DNA of 64,000 nucleotides from Eledone cirrhosa. Its lineage: Eukaryota. Below, in pieces: positions 1-14,339 of this stretch. The stretch covers positions 44,082,001 to 44,146,000 of the forward strand of contig OZ024747.1 of assembly GCA_964016885.1 (NCBI GenBank). The letters are read 5' to 3'. Position 1 is the stretch's first letter, and every line of letters starts with the position of its first letter. Below the pieces are notes generated by a model. The model was not told the origin of the DNA. It saw nothing but the letters and a program-made list of their open reading frames with translations, and did no database searches. The translations under genes and the position numbers were made by a program.

Positions 1-299
1 AATGTCAAAGAGTGAAGGTTAGGTGGATAAAGAGTTGTCTCCCTTTAAAAAGTGGTTTGGACATGTATGTCTAAGTGTGTGTGGGAGAATACGTGAAGGT
101 GTAAACATGCGTGTGTGTGTGATTATGAGAGGATATGTTTATATGTAAATGTGGGGGTTAGATGCTCTATCATGTTAAAACTGGTCTTTGTGTGTGTATG
201 TGTGTGAGTGAGAGAGGGTAAGTGGAGGTGTAAGCGTGCGTGTGTGTGAGAGAGGGTACGTGGAGGTGTAAGTGTGGGGCTAGGTGCTCTATCATGTTA

Positions 300-762
300 A
301 AAATTGGGTGTTGAGTTCTAGTATGTTATTGATTGGTGGTTGCATTTTGTCTATAATCAGTGCTTCTTTAATTCTAAGATTGCCGAGGTTTCTTTCCTTA
401 GCTTCTATCCTAACTATTATGTTTTTGTTTGTCGGTGTTTTTGCATTTCACTAGGTGTTTCTTAAATGAGGAATCGTTAGTGTTGAGGTGTTCTTTTATT
501 CTTATGTGAAGTGGTCTGGTGGTGCTACCTATTTAGAAATTGCTGCATTTGTCGCACTCTAATCTGTATAAGACGTAAGCCTGGTGGCATAGGTCTGAGT
601 CGTTGATGAGGCAGTTGGCTAGCCTGCAGCGGCTGTCTTGTCTGGTGGAGTGTCTTTTGGTTAGCTGTCCGCGTAGAGAAGGTCCTGAGTGGGCTAGCTG
701 GATATCTAGTCCCTCTCGTCTGATAGCTCTGCGGATGGCTGTTGTTGTTTCGTCACTGAAGT
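300..762 (-). pseudogene. Penelope-like element GIY-YIG endonuclease remnant (family 1)
   Basis: The ORF 533..826 tail reads C..C.....LCHQAYVLYRLECDKCSNF. Past the stop it continues as IGSTTRPLHIRIKEHLN and then RIKEALIIDKMQPPIN, the VY...YIG.T.R....R..EH...EA..I...N pattern of PLE endonucleases. Confidence 0.8.
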
Positions 763-1200
763 GTGACGAAATATAACTGCCATCTACCTGGCACATGCCC
801 TTTTCAAAATAGATGCCTAGAGACAAATATAGTATACCTATGTACTATAAATTCAGATAGCTTAGCATGGCATTACATTGGTTCCACAGCTGGGGAGTTT
901 AAGAAAAGGTGGTACGTACATAGACGCTCTATGACTAACAGGAATCTCTCAAAGACAACGATTCTCGCCAATAAAATCTGGCAACTCAAAGATGCAAACA
1001 TGGAATATAAAATCAGCTGAACAAAGCTATCATAAGCAAAGGCATATCAAATTGGTATGTCCCACTGTGGTCTCTGTAATATGGAACTTTTTCCAAATTT
1101 TAAATTATAACAAAATTCTTCTTAACAGTAAAATTGAAAAAGCTATTTTTTGACGACATAAATCAGCGACTAAATTTGAGAACTTTAGACCAGCTTAATT
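763..1200 (+). pseudogene. Penelope-like element GIY-YIG endonuclease remnant (family 2)
   Basis: Reads NC...CP....CLETNIVY...YIGSTAGEFKKRWYVH..S...LANKIWQLK, then after stops AKAYQIGMSHCGLCNME (C-terminal CxxC). Confidence 0.8.
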
Positions 1201-1733
1201 CCATCTTATCTATTCCATAACCCAGATTGTACCACTTGGATCTATTTTGATAACAGATTATCAACATCATCATCATTATAATTATAATTATAATTGTCAT
1301 CATCTATCAAAGAACAACATCAAAACCTCTTATATTTACATTCTTATTTTATATAACACAATTTTTCACTCTTTATCTTTATATTTCTCTCCCTAAATTT
1401 ATTTCATCTCAGTCATTTTATTTTATCATATAATATAACTTAAAACTAATTAATTTATTTATTTATTAAAATAACCAATACACACATAAATATATTTAAC
1501 ATTATCATATTTTCACCTTATTATCTCTCCATATATTTCAACAATTCTCAAAAACCATTCTTAATTTTAATATGTTTAAATATTCTTCGTACATTTTTTA
1601 CTCTTTTTACTCTTTTTACGTATTTATTTGAATTCTTCATTTTTCACATTTTATACGATTTTATATCACATTAGATTTAACTTATCTATTTATTTATTTA
1701 TTTATTTATCAATTTTTATATATTTTGTTATCC

Positions 1734-2226
<493 letters not shown>

Positions 2227-3059
2227 TTTATATTTATATATACACTATATATAATTATAAACTGGAAAGGTCAGTAATTCATTACCACCTTATTACCAGT
2301 AAGAAAAATAGCTTAATGTAAATACAACAGATGTTAGACAGATCACTCCAGAACAACACGAACCGTTGATAAGATTGTAATAGGACCAATATACAATCCA
2401 TAGTTGTAGCTACTAATAAACATTTACTAAAATATAACCAGTGTAATGGAAAGGAAAACCTTAATATTAATACTCACAACACATGCACATTTGAACATTA
2501 CCGGAACAATTGTCACACTTCATCCACCATAAACTTCATAGAAACTGCTTTTCATTCCCACGCATCTCTGTCTGTTATACCTGTATTGTATTATGTGATA
2601 CCTTTGCCATACTGTGATATATATGCTTAGTACCATTGCTTGTTTCTTACCTGGTTATTCTGTACATGCCTAAAACCCTGCACTCTTTCTATACGTTTGC
2701 TTATGTACCGCTAATGTCCTCGTTTTGCGAGTAACTTTCTTCTTTAATTCCTCTATAATTGTTGTATTCTTTTATAATCTTTGTCGCATCCACTGATACT
2801 GACCACATCATCTTCACTCTTTAAATATGACACTATTAGTGACAACACTAACATCTATGTATCTTTATAATTGTTCTGTGGAATAGGAGGTTAATTATAT
2901 GTCTAAACTTTGCTAGTGCTCCGATGATTCCAAACGAAAGTTTGGAAGAAATGATTGTCAGCAATAAAATGTTTTGAACATAGTTTTGATTATTCTGTAA
3001 TTTATATATATATATATATATATTCTTATAGATATACACAGACATAAACTCACTCATGC

Positions 3060-3533
3060 TCACATACATACACACAACACATACATACATACATACATAC
3101 ATACATACATACATACATACATACATACATACATACATACATACATACATACATACATAAATACATACATACATACATACATACATGCATACATACATAC
3201 ATGCATACATACATACATACATACATACATACATACATACATACATACATACATACATACATACATGCATGTATGCATACATACATACATACATACATAC
3301 ATACATACATACATACATACTTACATGCACGCATACATACATACATACATACATACATACATACATACATACATACATACATACATACATACATGCATGC
3401 ATGCATGCATACATACATACATACATACATACATACATACATACATGCATGCATGCATGCATGCATGCATGCATGCATGCATGCATGCATACATACATAC
3501 ATACATACATACATACATACATACATACATACA

Positions 3534-3562
<29 letters not shown>
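3060..3562. repeat. (TACA)n/(TGCA)n tetranucleotide microsatellite
   Basis: Direct reading; source of the MYVC/HTYI pseudo-ORFs. Confidence 0.95.
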
Positions 3563-3566
<4 letters not shown>

Positions 3567-3749
3567 TCAAATATGTGCAGAGAGAAGTTGGCTGAAAAAT
3601 AAATAGTTATAAAAACAAGACAAATCACCAATAATGGAGACCACTGTCTGAGTGTGTATACCAAGACTGTTGAATAAGCATAAAATATTGCCACTAACTA
3701 CAATAGAAGCAAGGAAAATTAAACAATTTTATTACATAAGACTAATTAA

Positions 3750-4055
3750 ATGTATATATATATGAATGTATATATAGTGTATTTTGTAATACACAGTAAT
3801 GCTTAATTAAAAGCATTTTGAAGACCTTACGCTATTGTTTTAAAGTAGCGACAGTGTCACTTACTTCAATTTTCAGCAAACAAGGAGAGATAAGCTGTTG
3901 TTTGCTGAAAATTGAAGTAAGTGACACTGTCGCTACTTTAAACAATAGCGTAAGTTCTTCAAAATACTTTTAGTTAAGCATACAGTGTATTGCAAAATAC
4001 ACTATATATATACATTCATATATATATCGCTATTTCAGAGCACCAATTCTAATTT

Positions 4056-4060
<5 letters not shown>
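3750..4060. mobile_element. (TA)n-associated fold-back element related to the 310-bp array unit
   Basis: Arms at about 3755-3882 and 3899-4025 are reverse complements. The tail tatatatcgctatttcagagca..ccaatt.ctaattt is shared with the 310-bp unit. Confidence 0.7.
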
Positions 4061-4141
<81 letters not shown>

Positions 4142-4979
4142 TTTTGTATTTAATGTAAGTAAATATTAAATTAAATTAAATTAAGTTAACTGAGTTAATA
4201 AGAATATTTATATTTATATATTTTAAAATGGGAAGATACGGAAAAAACTCCAGTTTTGTTTATTTATTCGTTAGTATGAGAATATTTTGTCAAAGTAAGT
4301 ATAGATGTTGAAAGATATATGTAGCCAGAATTAGTTAGTGTTTATAAATCTAATAAAAGATATTGAAAAAATATTAAAAATCGAGAACATTTTTTTTTTT
4401 AAATAATTTATAAGAGATAAGTAATTTATAAAAAATAAGTAATTTAAAAGAAAAAATAGATAAAAAATTAAAGAAATAAAAAATAAAGAATTAAAAATTA
4501 TTAAGATTAAAGTTACAATTAAAATTAAAAATTATTATACTCTGCCATGTATTGGGTACCTTACGCACAGTGGTTACCCGCGATTGAACCCGGGATAAAC
4601 TATAATATAGATCAGATAAAATATAATATAGATCAGTTTTATAAACAAATATTGACATACCCTTAAAGAATGCGACCATGTCAGTTGGAAGCTCCCGGAT
4701 AGTGGAGTTACTAATTTTATTATTGGTCTATTATGCAAATTAGTGTCGGAGAGGTTTAAATCCCGTACATTTAAATTAAGCCGTTGGAATAGGGAAAAAA
4801 AGAAAAAGAAAAAGAAAAAGAAAGAAAGAGCAAACCCAAAGAAGGAAAACAAAAGAAAAACAAAAGAAAGAGAAAGAGAGAAAACCCTAAGTGAGAGTAA
4901 TTAACGTAATTTTATGAGATGATGAAGCGAAAAGATAAATATATAGTGGATGAGATACGCGGAGTAAATAAAGCGTGGA

Positions 4980-5014
<35 letters not shown>

Positions 5015-5129
5015 ATAGTAATAACCGGAGAATTTTATCTAATGTTTAAATTTGATTAAATGTTTAATTTATTAATTAAATTATTGAGATCTATAAATTA
5101 AAAATTGAGATCTATATATTATTAAAAGA

Positions 5130-5175
<46 letters not shown>

Positions 5176-5568
5176 TATCAAAAAATATTATTAAAATATA
5201 TGTTATTATTACATAACCTTATATAAATTTATTAATAATCATCAACCAACAATTAATTATTAATTTTTCAATTAATTAACAATAAAAATTGTAAGAAATA
5301 ATAAAAAATTAAAAAATGTTTATGTTTAAAATATATGTTTAAAATATGGGAATGTTCAGAGATTTTACCGAAGAAAAATCTCTTCTTAGTAATAGCAATA
5401 CAGCGTGAGGCAAATTAATTGATTGATTTTTAATTTAGATAGCTCTAAGGATTAAATGTTATAAAGGTTGATAAAAAAAAGTTAAGATTATAAGAGAACC
5501 TTATATTATTTTATAGTAAGTTATAATGTTATAAATTTCATATATATTATATTTTATATATATATATA

Positions 5569-5659
<91 letters not shown>

Positions 5660-5901
5660 AAAGTTCTATTTAAATTGTTGGGATAACACCAAGCAAATAT
5701 TTTTATAACTGATATAAAGCACTCAACAAATATTTGGAGTAAAAATACGATATTAACAAATGGAAACTATATTTATAAAACCATATTTATTTCATTATAC
5801 ATATTTTAAGGACACCAAGTTAAATTATGGTGTGCTTTCATCAGATAAAATATAATATAGATCAGTTTTATAAATAAATATTGACATATCCCTGGGTATG
5901 T

Positions 5902-5958
<57 letters not shown>

Positions 5959-6025
5959 TTTATCCCGGGTTCAATCGCGTGTAACCACTGTGCGTAAGGT
6001 ACCCAATACATGGCAGAGTATAATA

Positions 6026-6148
6026 ATTTTTAATTTTAATTTTAATTTTAATTTTAATTTTAATTTTAATTTTAATTTTAATTTTAATTTTAATTTTAAT
6101 TTTAATTTTAATTTTAATTTTAATTTTAATTTTAATTTTAATTTTAAT
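6026..6148. repeat. (TTTTAA)n hexanucleotide expansion
   Basis: Direct reading; the inverted partner near 4518-4532 has only about 2 units. Confidence 0.9.
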
Positions 6149-7005
6149 TGTAACTTTAATCTTAATAATTTTTAATTCTGTATTTTTTATTTCTTTAATT
6201 TTTTATCTATTTTTTTTTAAATTACTTATTTTTTATAAATTACTTATCTCTTATAAATTATTATTTTCTTTAATTTTCTCGAATGTTTTATATTTTTTCA
6301 ATATCTTTTATTAGATTTATAAACACTAACTAATTCTGGCTAAATATATCTTTCAACATCTATACTTATTTTGACAAAATATTCTCATACTAACGAATAA
6401 ATAAACAAAACTGGAGTTTTTTCCGTATCTTCCCATTTTAAAATATATAAATATAAATATTCTTATTAACTCAGTTAACTTAATTTAATTTAATTTAATA
6501 TTTACTTACATTAAATACAAAACCAATATACTTCATAACTCACTAAAACAATTATCTATAATACGATATATCCATCCATTCATTTATTTATTTATTTATC
6601 TATTTATTTATTTATTTATTTTCAATCTATTTTTCCATTTATTTATTTTTCTATCTACTTATAACAGAAAATATTATATTAGAAAAGAATTTTAAACAAC
6701 TAATTAATCGTAAATACAAGCACTATTAGATATATACTTAGAATATATTTCCCCAAAATTAACATTATATGATTTTCATTCATCCCCTTGTTAATTTCTT
6801 CTCTCTATCTCTCTCGTAATATTGTTTATCTTTTTTTTCTCTCTCTTTCTCCATTGTCATTTAAATAAACGGTTGTTTTTCAATTATTTACACATTCATT
6901 TACATATTCACACATAAGTTTGAATAATTCCTAATATATTTCCACTATTCCAACCGATAAGGTATGATTTTCATGGGTATGTCTCCATTTATAAAACAAA
7001 CTTTG

Positions 7006-7070
7006 TATTTTATCTGATGAAAGCGTACCAATGTTGTTTTGGTTACCCTTGAAATGTATATAATAAAATA
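7006..7070 (+). ncRNA. Type I hammerhead ribozyme motif (family A)
   Basis: tattttat-CTGATGA-aagcgtacca..tggttaccctt-GAAA-tgtata-TA-ataaaata: 8-bp stem I, conserved core boxes, minimal stem III. Confidence 0.7.
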
Positions 7071-7109
7071 TATATGGTTTTATAAATATAATTTCCATTT
7101 ATTTAATAT

Positions 7110-7176
<67 letters not shown>

Positions 7177-7470
7177 ACGAAGGAGGTGTGGTAAGGAACC
7201 AGATGGACCATAACGCACCAACGTACTTAATACTTAGGGTAGTAGAGTGGGTAGTAGGAAAAAGTTTAACCCCGACGGCAGAGCTCAAGCCGTTTCGACG
7301 GCTATTTCTGGACTAAATTAGAATTAGCGTGGTAAATAAATAGCCGAACATTTGAAGAGGTACCTGTTGAAAAGTTCGGCTATTTATTTACCACGCTAAT
7401 TCTAATTTAGTCCAGAAATATCCGTCGAAAAGGCTTGAGCTCTGCCGTCGGGGTTAAACTTTTTCCTACT
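7177..7470. mobile_element. Family-B (TA)n-flanked fold-back element
   Basis: Starts aacgaagga..gtggtaaggaaccagatgg, with an inverted repeat centred near 7360. Other copies are at 37979, 45599 and 57626. Confidence 0.8.
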
Positions 7471-7749
7471 ATATATATATATATATATATAACCAAAATA
7501 ACAGAAAAACAAATGTATAACCCTCTTCCACAAAAATAAAATACTAGAAATTTTGCTCAGTCTGTGTATATAGGAAAGTACAACTATCTTTTGTTTAACT
7601 TCAGGGTTGAATGATTTTCTTAATGTTAAGTAGATTGATGTAAAGGTGAAAATGGTATTGGGAAGTCTTCTAGTATTTTGATATTTATCCCTGTTTTTAT
7701 CAATGACTAATTTCTGCATGTATGTATGCATTTCTATGCATATATGTAT

Positions 7750-10660
7750 GTGGATATATATGAACTAACTTGTGTGCTTGTATGTACGTATATACGTATG
7801 TAGATATGGATGGATTTATGTATGTACGTATGAATGGATATATGTATGTATGCCTGTATGTATGTATGTTCTTCTCGTTTTATAACTTCTCTAATGTTTG
7901 CCAGTAGAGAGAGAGAGTCGGTTTCTAGCATAGACACAAGACTCTCTCATTGGAATTTACACCACATCAACTTGGTAGATATGTATGCATGTGTGTGCAG
8001 GTATGGATGTTATTGTATGTGTGGATGTGTATGTTTTGAGTTGTATGTGTGCATGTGTATATGCTTTGCATCTGTACATGTGTATATGCAGTTATTAGAT
8101 GCAAAATTTTGGAATGTTTTACATATTTTTACTGTTCCATTAATGGATTGTAATTGTAATTTTCTAACTAGTTGTGTTCTTTCTGTTCCTGTGAAGCCTA
8201 GCTTCTCAAGATTTGTATTGAGGCAGTTACTAACATACCCCAGTGCCCCAATAATCACAGGCATAAATCTGAAGGTGTAATCAGAGTGGAGTATCTGCAG
8301 ATTTCTCATCAGTTCTGCATAAATATTCTCCTTTTCACTAATCTTTGATATTATATTGGCATCTGCTGGGCAGCTAATTTCCACTACTGTGCATGCTTTC
8401 TTCTCCCTGTCCCATATCATAATATCTAGTCTGTTATGCCTGCATTTTATTGGGGTTTTTACTGGAACATTCCACCAGTACTCTTTCATATTATGTACAT
8501 GGATGTCTTCCACATTGCTGTAGCTTTTAATGTGTTTATTATCGGGGCTATCTTTTTTACGAACTGCATTGTACTGTGTTTTGGCCACTACATCATGCCT
8601 CATAGGTGATAGTACCGCGATGACATCTTTGGACAGCTGCTGATGACATGGGTGATATCCTCGATGCTAGTTCTGCAGAGTCTGCACTTGTTATCACATC
8701 TAGGTGTTTTGCCTGCATCCCTATCTCTTTTGTGAATCAGGTATTTCGTGTTAATCTCCTGTTCTTGGATTGCAAAAGCGTATCCTTCAAAGTGGGAGCC
8801 AATATAGCGGTCCAAGATAGACTACTTTCCTTACCTATATTACTCTCACTTGGAGCTTCCTGGCAACATATCCATGCATGATTTTTTGCTGATAAGTATG
8901 TAGTTTTTCATCCATGGATTCACTGCGATACTGCTGAGCGACTTCCCTGTGTGTGAGTTTTTTTATTATCACACAGGGAATATCTCTCGAGGAGTTCCTT
9001 CCCAACTCTCATGATCTTATCTGTTTCATGCAGATAGACTTGCTCGAGAAACGAGCTCCTACGCTTCGATGTTCGTAGATGTTGTCGGAAAGATATGATG
9101 CGACATTCAAATGTTGTCTGGACTGATGTTAGGCTTCTGCCTCCCTGCTTACGTTTCAAGTAAAGGCGGTGTTTATGTGGAAGTTTCCGGTGTTGTTTAG
9201 TATTTTTCGAGTTCCAACATCAACTGCTCGGATTTCGTCTATCGTCCAATTGAGTATTCCAAACGTTGGTGTTAGGACAGGCACAGCAAACACATTGTGA
9301 GCCATTGTTTTGTTTTGCGCAGAGATTTCCGATGACCACATCTTTCTTAATCGGGTGTAGTATTCCCTGGTTACGCGTTCTTTATTACAGATACCATTAT
9401 AGGATATGTTCTCATCTATCCCCAGATATCTGTAGCAGTCCTCATTAGATATCGGTGAAACAGTTAGGCCATTGATGACAATGTTGCTAGATTGGGTTGT
9501 TGTTTTTCCCCACTTTACAGTCATGTATGAGCATTTATCTTGGCCAAACTCCATTCCTATATCCTTTGAGAACGTTGTAACCAGGTCAAGATTTTTCTTC
9601 ATCCCATCCATGTTCTTGCCATAGAGTTTCAGATCGTCCACAAAGAAATTATGGGTTAGGTTCGTATTTCTGTCCTCCTGTGAGCCAATGATTTATCCCT
9701 CACATTTCTTGAGCAGAAAGGACAAGGGGTTTAATGACAAGATGAATAATATCACAGAGAGACTGTCCCCCTGAAATATACCCCTGCAATATTTTATTTT
9801 ATCAGTGAAAATAGATTCCTCCCTCTCTGTCTTTAACTTTAGGATAGTAGCCCAAGAAGAAGACAGCCTCTCTATGGCTCTGACAATAATGTCTGGGACT
9901 TTAGTAAGTTGGAAGGCCTCTATCATCCAAGAGTGGGAAACAGAATCGAAAGCTTTCCTGTAGTCCAGCCAGACTGTAGCCATATTCCTCCTAAGTTGTT
10001 GCACCTCTGACATCGCAATTTTGTTGATTAGGAGTTGTTCAGCACATCCCAAAACCCCTTTCTTTCCAGCTGCTTGTTCATCTGTGATGATGTTATTATT
10101 TTCACAGTGATCTTGGAGGAATAGGTTCAGGCAGGCTGTATACATCTTATACATCATGTTCTGGCATGCAATGGGTCGGTAGGTTTTTGCCAAGTGGGTG
10201 TCTTTGTTCTTGGAGACCAGTAATGTTTGTGCTAATGTCAACCATTCTGGTATAAGTGTATCTCCCTTAAGAACTTGTTGGTAGAGGTCAGTAAGATACC
10301 TCCGATAGAATATCAGTTCTTTGTACCAGTAGCCGACAATCATGTCTCTTCCTGGTGTTTTCTTATCTTAGAGTTTTCCTATCACAGTCTCAAGGGTACC
10401 CTCACTTATTTCGTATGTTTTTGTTGTAGTGTAGGAGCAATAATTCTTTCGGATTTCTCTTCGCCACACTGCATCTTGGTTTAAATTCTTCTTTTCACCC
10501 CATATTTTGCTCCAAAAGGAATCTATGTCTTTCTGGGATGGGGCCTCAGTGACACTTATTATTTTGCCCTTCATATCTCTATAGACTGATGTTTGGTTTC
10601 GTCTGAATCTTTTATTAAGCACTTTTCTCTCATCTACCTTCTTCAGGTATCGGCGTTTTA
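7750..10660 (-). mobile_element. 5'-truncated, frameshifted non-LTR retrotransposon with RT and restriction-like endonuclease (R4/Dong-like clade)
   Basis: RT motifs YRPIACQNMMYK, WLDYRKAFDSVSH, RGIFQGDSLS and VDDLKLYG. CCHC finger CRLC..EDITHVISSC, then RHD, HNRLDIMIW and VEISCP..KENIY (RLE domain). The ORF is broken into several pieces. Confidence 0.9.
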
Positions 10661-11897
10661 ATGTATGTATGTATGTATGTATGAATCACCAGAGCCAGTA
10701 GCCTAAGCTTAAATGTTTGCTGTTCATGTAAGTTGGGAAAATAATAAATCAGCCGAAACACATGGGATTGTAAAAATTCCCTTCGTCTTCTCATGTTGAT
10801 GTGAAGGCTTCCCTGTGCTGTGGCGCCTTCTTTTCTGGTATGCCTTACAGCATCCCATGCTTTTCCAAGGCCTTTTTCCCTCTGCACTGGAGACACACAT
10901 CAACGTGAACTTTCAATAGGCTCTCTGCAAGAAGGGGTGTTAAACCATACCTCTCGTACTTCTCCAGGTACATGGTCTTCAATTGTTAAGGGTGATCTTT
11001 CTAGGTGCATGGGAAGGGGTAGGTGTGTGGCTATTTTTATTTGCTCTGTTTGGTTTGAGAAGTCAATAAGAATATAATGCTATGATATTGTATTAGTTTA
11101 ACCCTTGATGTAGTTGAAAAAGAATTTTAACGTCTTGGACACTAGTCCTTTAAGGGAAAATGGAATAAGATAGAGAAGTGGGGATGTTTGGGGGAGTGAA
11201 ATAGGAGACTTTGGAAGGTAAAATAGGAATGTTAGGGTGAGAGAAGACAAAATAAAAATAGACGAGGGTAAAGAAATAAAATGGTGGGAAAGGGTGTATA
11301 GGGAAGAAAGCACATGCTGTTGAATACAAATTTTTCAATACTAAATATGGAATATTAACGCATATAAGGAATAATACTCAATATGTATGCAAATGTATTC
11401 GTCTGTGTGTGTGCTGGTGTGGAAGTACGTGTGTGAGTGCATGTTTGGGGCGGTTCAGGTGACTGTGTGAGCTTGACTGTTTGTTTGTAAATATGTCTTT
11501 ATCTTTTTTTAATTGAACATGTATACCTAAATTTTGAGTGTGTCAAACCATGTATACGTTTGCATAAACATGTGCTGCATACATAAACAGATTGATAACA
11601 ACAGTAATAACTACAATAACAATAACAAATAAAGAGACAACTGCAAAATATTTGCTTTATAGAAGAAAATGAAATTATTTATTCAATAATTTTGAATTCA
11701 GAACAGAAAAGTAAACAAATAATGTACAATTGGCTGACATATTTTGAAATGTCCTTTGAAAATACATGTGAAATATTCAGTACCTCTGTTGAATCTTGGA
11801 TCAATTTTGTTTTATATTGGTATTAAATAAACTGTAAGCAAACATTTTGGATTTTGTCTTTCCTTCTATAACTTCTTTACGAATATGACAATAATAA

Positions 11898-12625
11898 TTG
11901 TTTCTACTTTAGGCACAAGGCCAGCAATTATCCAGTACATTACTGGTACTTTATTTTATCGACCCCGTAAGGATGAAAGGCAAAGTTAACCTCGGCGGGA
12001 TTTGAACTCAGACTGTAAAGGGACGTAACTATGCTGGAAAGCATGGCGTCCGACTCTCTACCGATACTTCCAATAATAATCATCAAAAGCTTTGCCTTTC
12101 ATCCGTACGAGGTCGATAAAATAAAATACCAGTAATGCACTGGGGTCAATTTAATCGACTTTCCCCTCCCCTTCAAATTGCTGGCCTTGTGCCTGAAGTA
12201 GAAACAATGATTATTATTATTGTGGATTGGTGGATTGGCAGTATCGGTAGAGGGTCGGACGCCATGCTTTCCAGCATAGTTACGTCCCTTTACGATCTAA
12301 GTTCAAATCCCGCCGAGGTTAACTTTGCCTTTCATCCTTACGGGGTCGATCAAATAAAGTACCAGTAATGCACTGGGTAATTGCTGGCCTTGTGCCTAAA
12401 GTAGAAACAATTATTATTGTGGATTGGCAGTATCGGTAGAGGGTCGGACGCCAGCTTTCCAGCATAGAGTTACGTCCCTTTACGCTCTGAGTTCAAATCC
12501 AGCCGAGGTTAACTTTGCCTTTCATCCTTACGGGGTCGATAAAATAAAATTCCAGTAACGTATTGGCGTCGATTTAATCGATTATCCCCTCCCCCAAATT
12601 ACTGGCCTTGTGCCTATACTAAAAA
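11898..12625. mobile_element. Cluster of four tRNA-derived SINE copies (one minus, three plus)
   Basis: A-box-like tggcagtatcgg, B-box-like gttcaaatcc, and a central gcctttcatccttacggggtcgataaaat segment resembling the Nin/Deu SINE domain. Confidence 0.85.
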
Positions 12626-12769
12626 TCATTATTTTTATTGTTTTTCCTTTTCCTTCAGTGTTGTTTCTGTTATATGCCGAGTGTCTTCCTGACACCTAGG
12701 GCAATAAACCCACTGTATACATTGGTAAGCCAGTTAACACACCACATTGAATATAATTTACAGCTTAAC

Positions 12770-13029
12770 ATTCTTGCAGAGAAAGTGCTTTACTCATACA
12801 TACACACACATACACACACAATCACACAAAGAGGGATGTCACTCTTACAGAGAAAGTGCTCTACTCACAGACACACACACACACACACACACACACAAGG
12901 AGGGATGTCATTCTTACAGAGATAGAGCTCTACTCATACACACACACACACACACACGCACACGCACACACACACACACACATAACCACACAAGGAGGGA
13001 TGTCATTCTTACAGAGATAGTGCTCTACT

Positions 13030-13061
<32 letters not shown>

Positions 13062-13147
13062 CACACACGCACACAGACACACACACAACCACACAAGGCG
13101 GGATGTCATTCTTACAGAGATAGTGCTCTACTCACACACACACACAC

Positions 13148-13191
<44 letters not shown>

Positions 13192-13274
13192 ACACACAAC
13201 CACACAAGGCGGGATGTCATTCTTACAGAGATAGTGCTCTACTCACACACACACACACACACGCACACACACAC

Positions 13275-13320
<46 letters not shown>

Positions 13321-13370
13321 ACACATAACCACACAAGGCGGGATGTCATTCTTACAGAGATAGTGCTCTA

Positions 13371-13408
<38 letters not shown>

Positions 13409-13571
13409 GATACACACACAACCACACAAGGCGGGATGTCATTCTTACAGAGATAGTACTCTACTCACACACACACACACGCACACACACACACAGACAC
13501 ACACACAACCACACAAGGCGGGATGTCATTCTTACAGAGATAGTACTCTACTCACACACACACACACACAC

Positions 13572-13615
<44 letters not shown>

Positions 13616-13734
13616 ACACACACAACCACACAAGGAGGGATATCATTCTTACAGAGAAAGTGCTCTACTCACACACACACACACACACACACACACAAGG
13701 AGGGATATCAATCTTACAGAGATAGGGCTCTACC

Positions 13735-13767
<33 letters not shown>

Positions 13768-13815
13768 GCATAACCACACAAGGAGGGATATCAATCTTAC
13801 AGAGATAGTGCTCTA

Positions 13816-13870
<55 letters not shown>

Positions 13871-13902
13871 GGAGGGATATCAATCTTACAGAGATAGTGC
13901 TC

Positions 13903-13944
<42 letters not shown>

Positions 13945-14046
13945 TAACCACACAAGGAGGGATATCAATCTTACAGAGATAGTGCTCTACTCACACACAC
14001 ACACACACACACACACACGCGCACGCACACACACACACACACACAA

Positions 14047-14098
<52 letters not shown>

Positions 14099-14159
14099 CC
14101 ACACAAGGAGGGATATCAATCTTACAGAGATAGTGCTCTACTCACACACACACACACAA

Positions 14160-14207
<48 letters not shown>

Positions 14208-14318
14208 CCACACAAGGAGGGATATCAATCTTACAGAGATAGTGCTCTACCCACACATACACACACACACACACAACCACACAAGGAGGGATATCAATCT
14301 TACAGAGATAGGGCTCTT
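12770..14318 (+). repeat. Minisatellite: about 16 copies of a ~40-bp unit (acaagg[a/c]gggat[g/a]tca[t/a]tcttacagagatagtgctctactc) separated by variable (CA)n
   Basis: ttacagaga recurs near 12845, 12914, 13009, 13112 and onward to 14300. Confidence 0.9.
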
Positions 14319-14339
14319 CTCAATACATGGGCAGAACCA

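Larger units (their letters stand above)
4139..7113. mobile_element. Nested cluster of family-A PLE-like non-coding elements with a large inverted repeat
   Basis: About 4139-4600 is the reverse complement of about 5957-6526. The segments recur at 47845-48338 and 54691-56463. Hammerhead motifs lie at 5788-5852 (-) and 7006-7070 (+). Confidence 0.7.

Noticed and set aside
1018-1020. In-frame TGA in a PLE endonuclease as possible selenocysteine recoding
   Set aside because: The position fits a Trp codon mutated TGG to TGA, a TAA stop follows shortly, and no SECIS was recognised.
2848-3694. Long ORFs such as MYVC/HTYI, and similar YI, HT and CV ORFs throughout the window
   Set aside because: They are translations of stop-free microsatellites.
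12770-14318. CRISPR-like repeat-spacer array
   Set aside because: The spacers are only (CA)n, there are no cas genes, and the context is eukaryotic.
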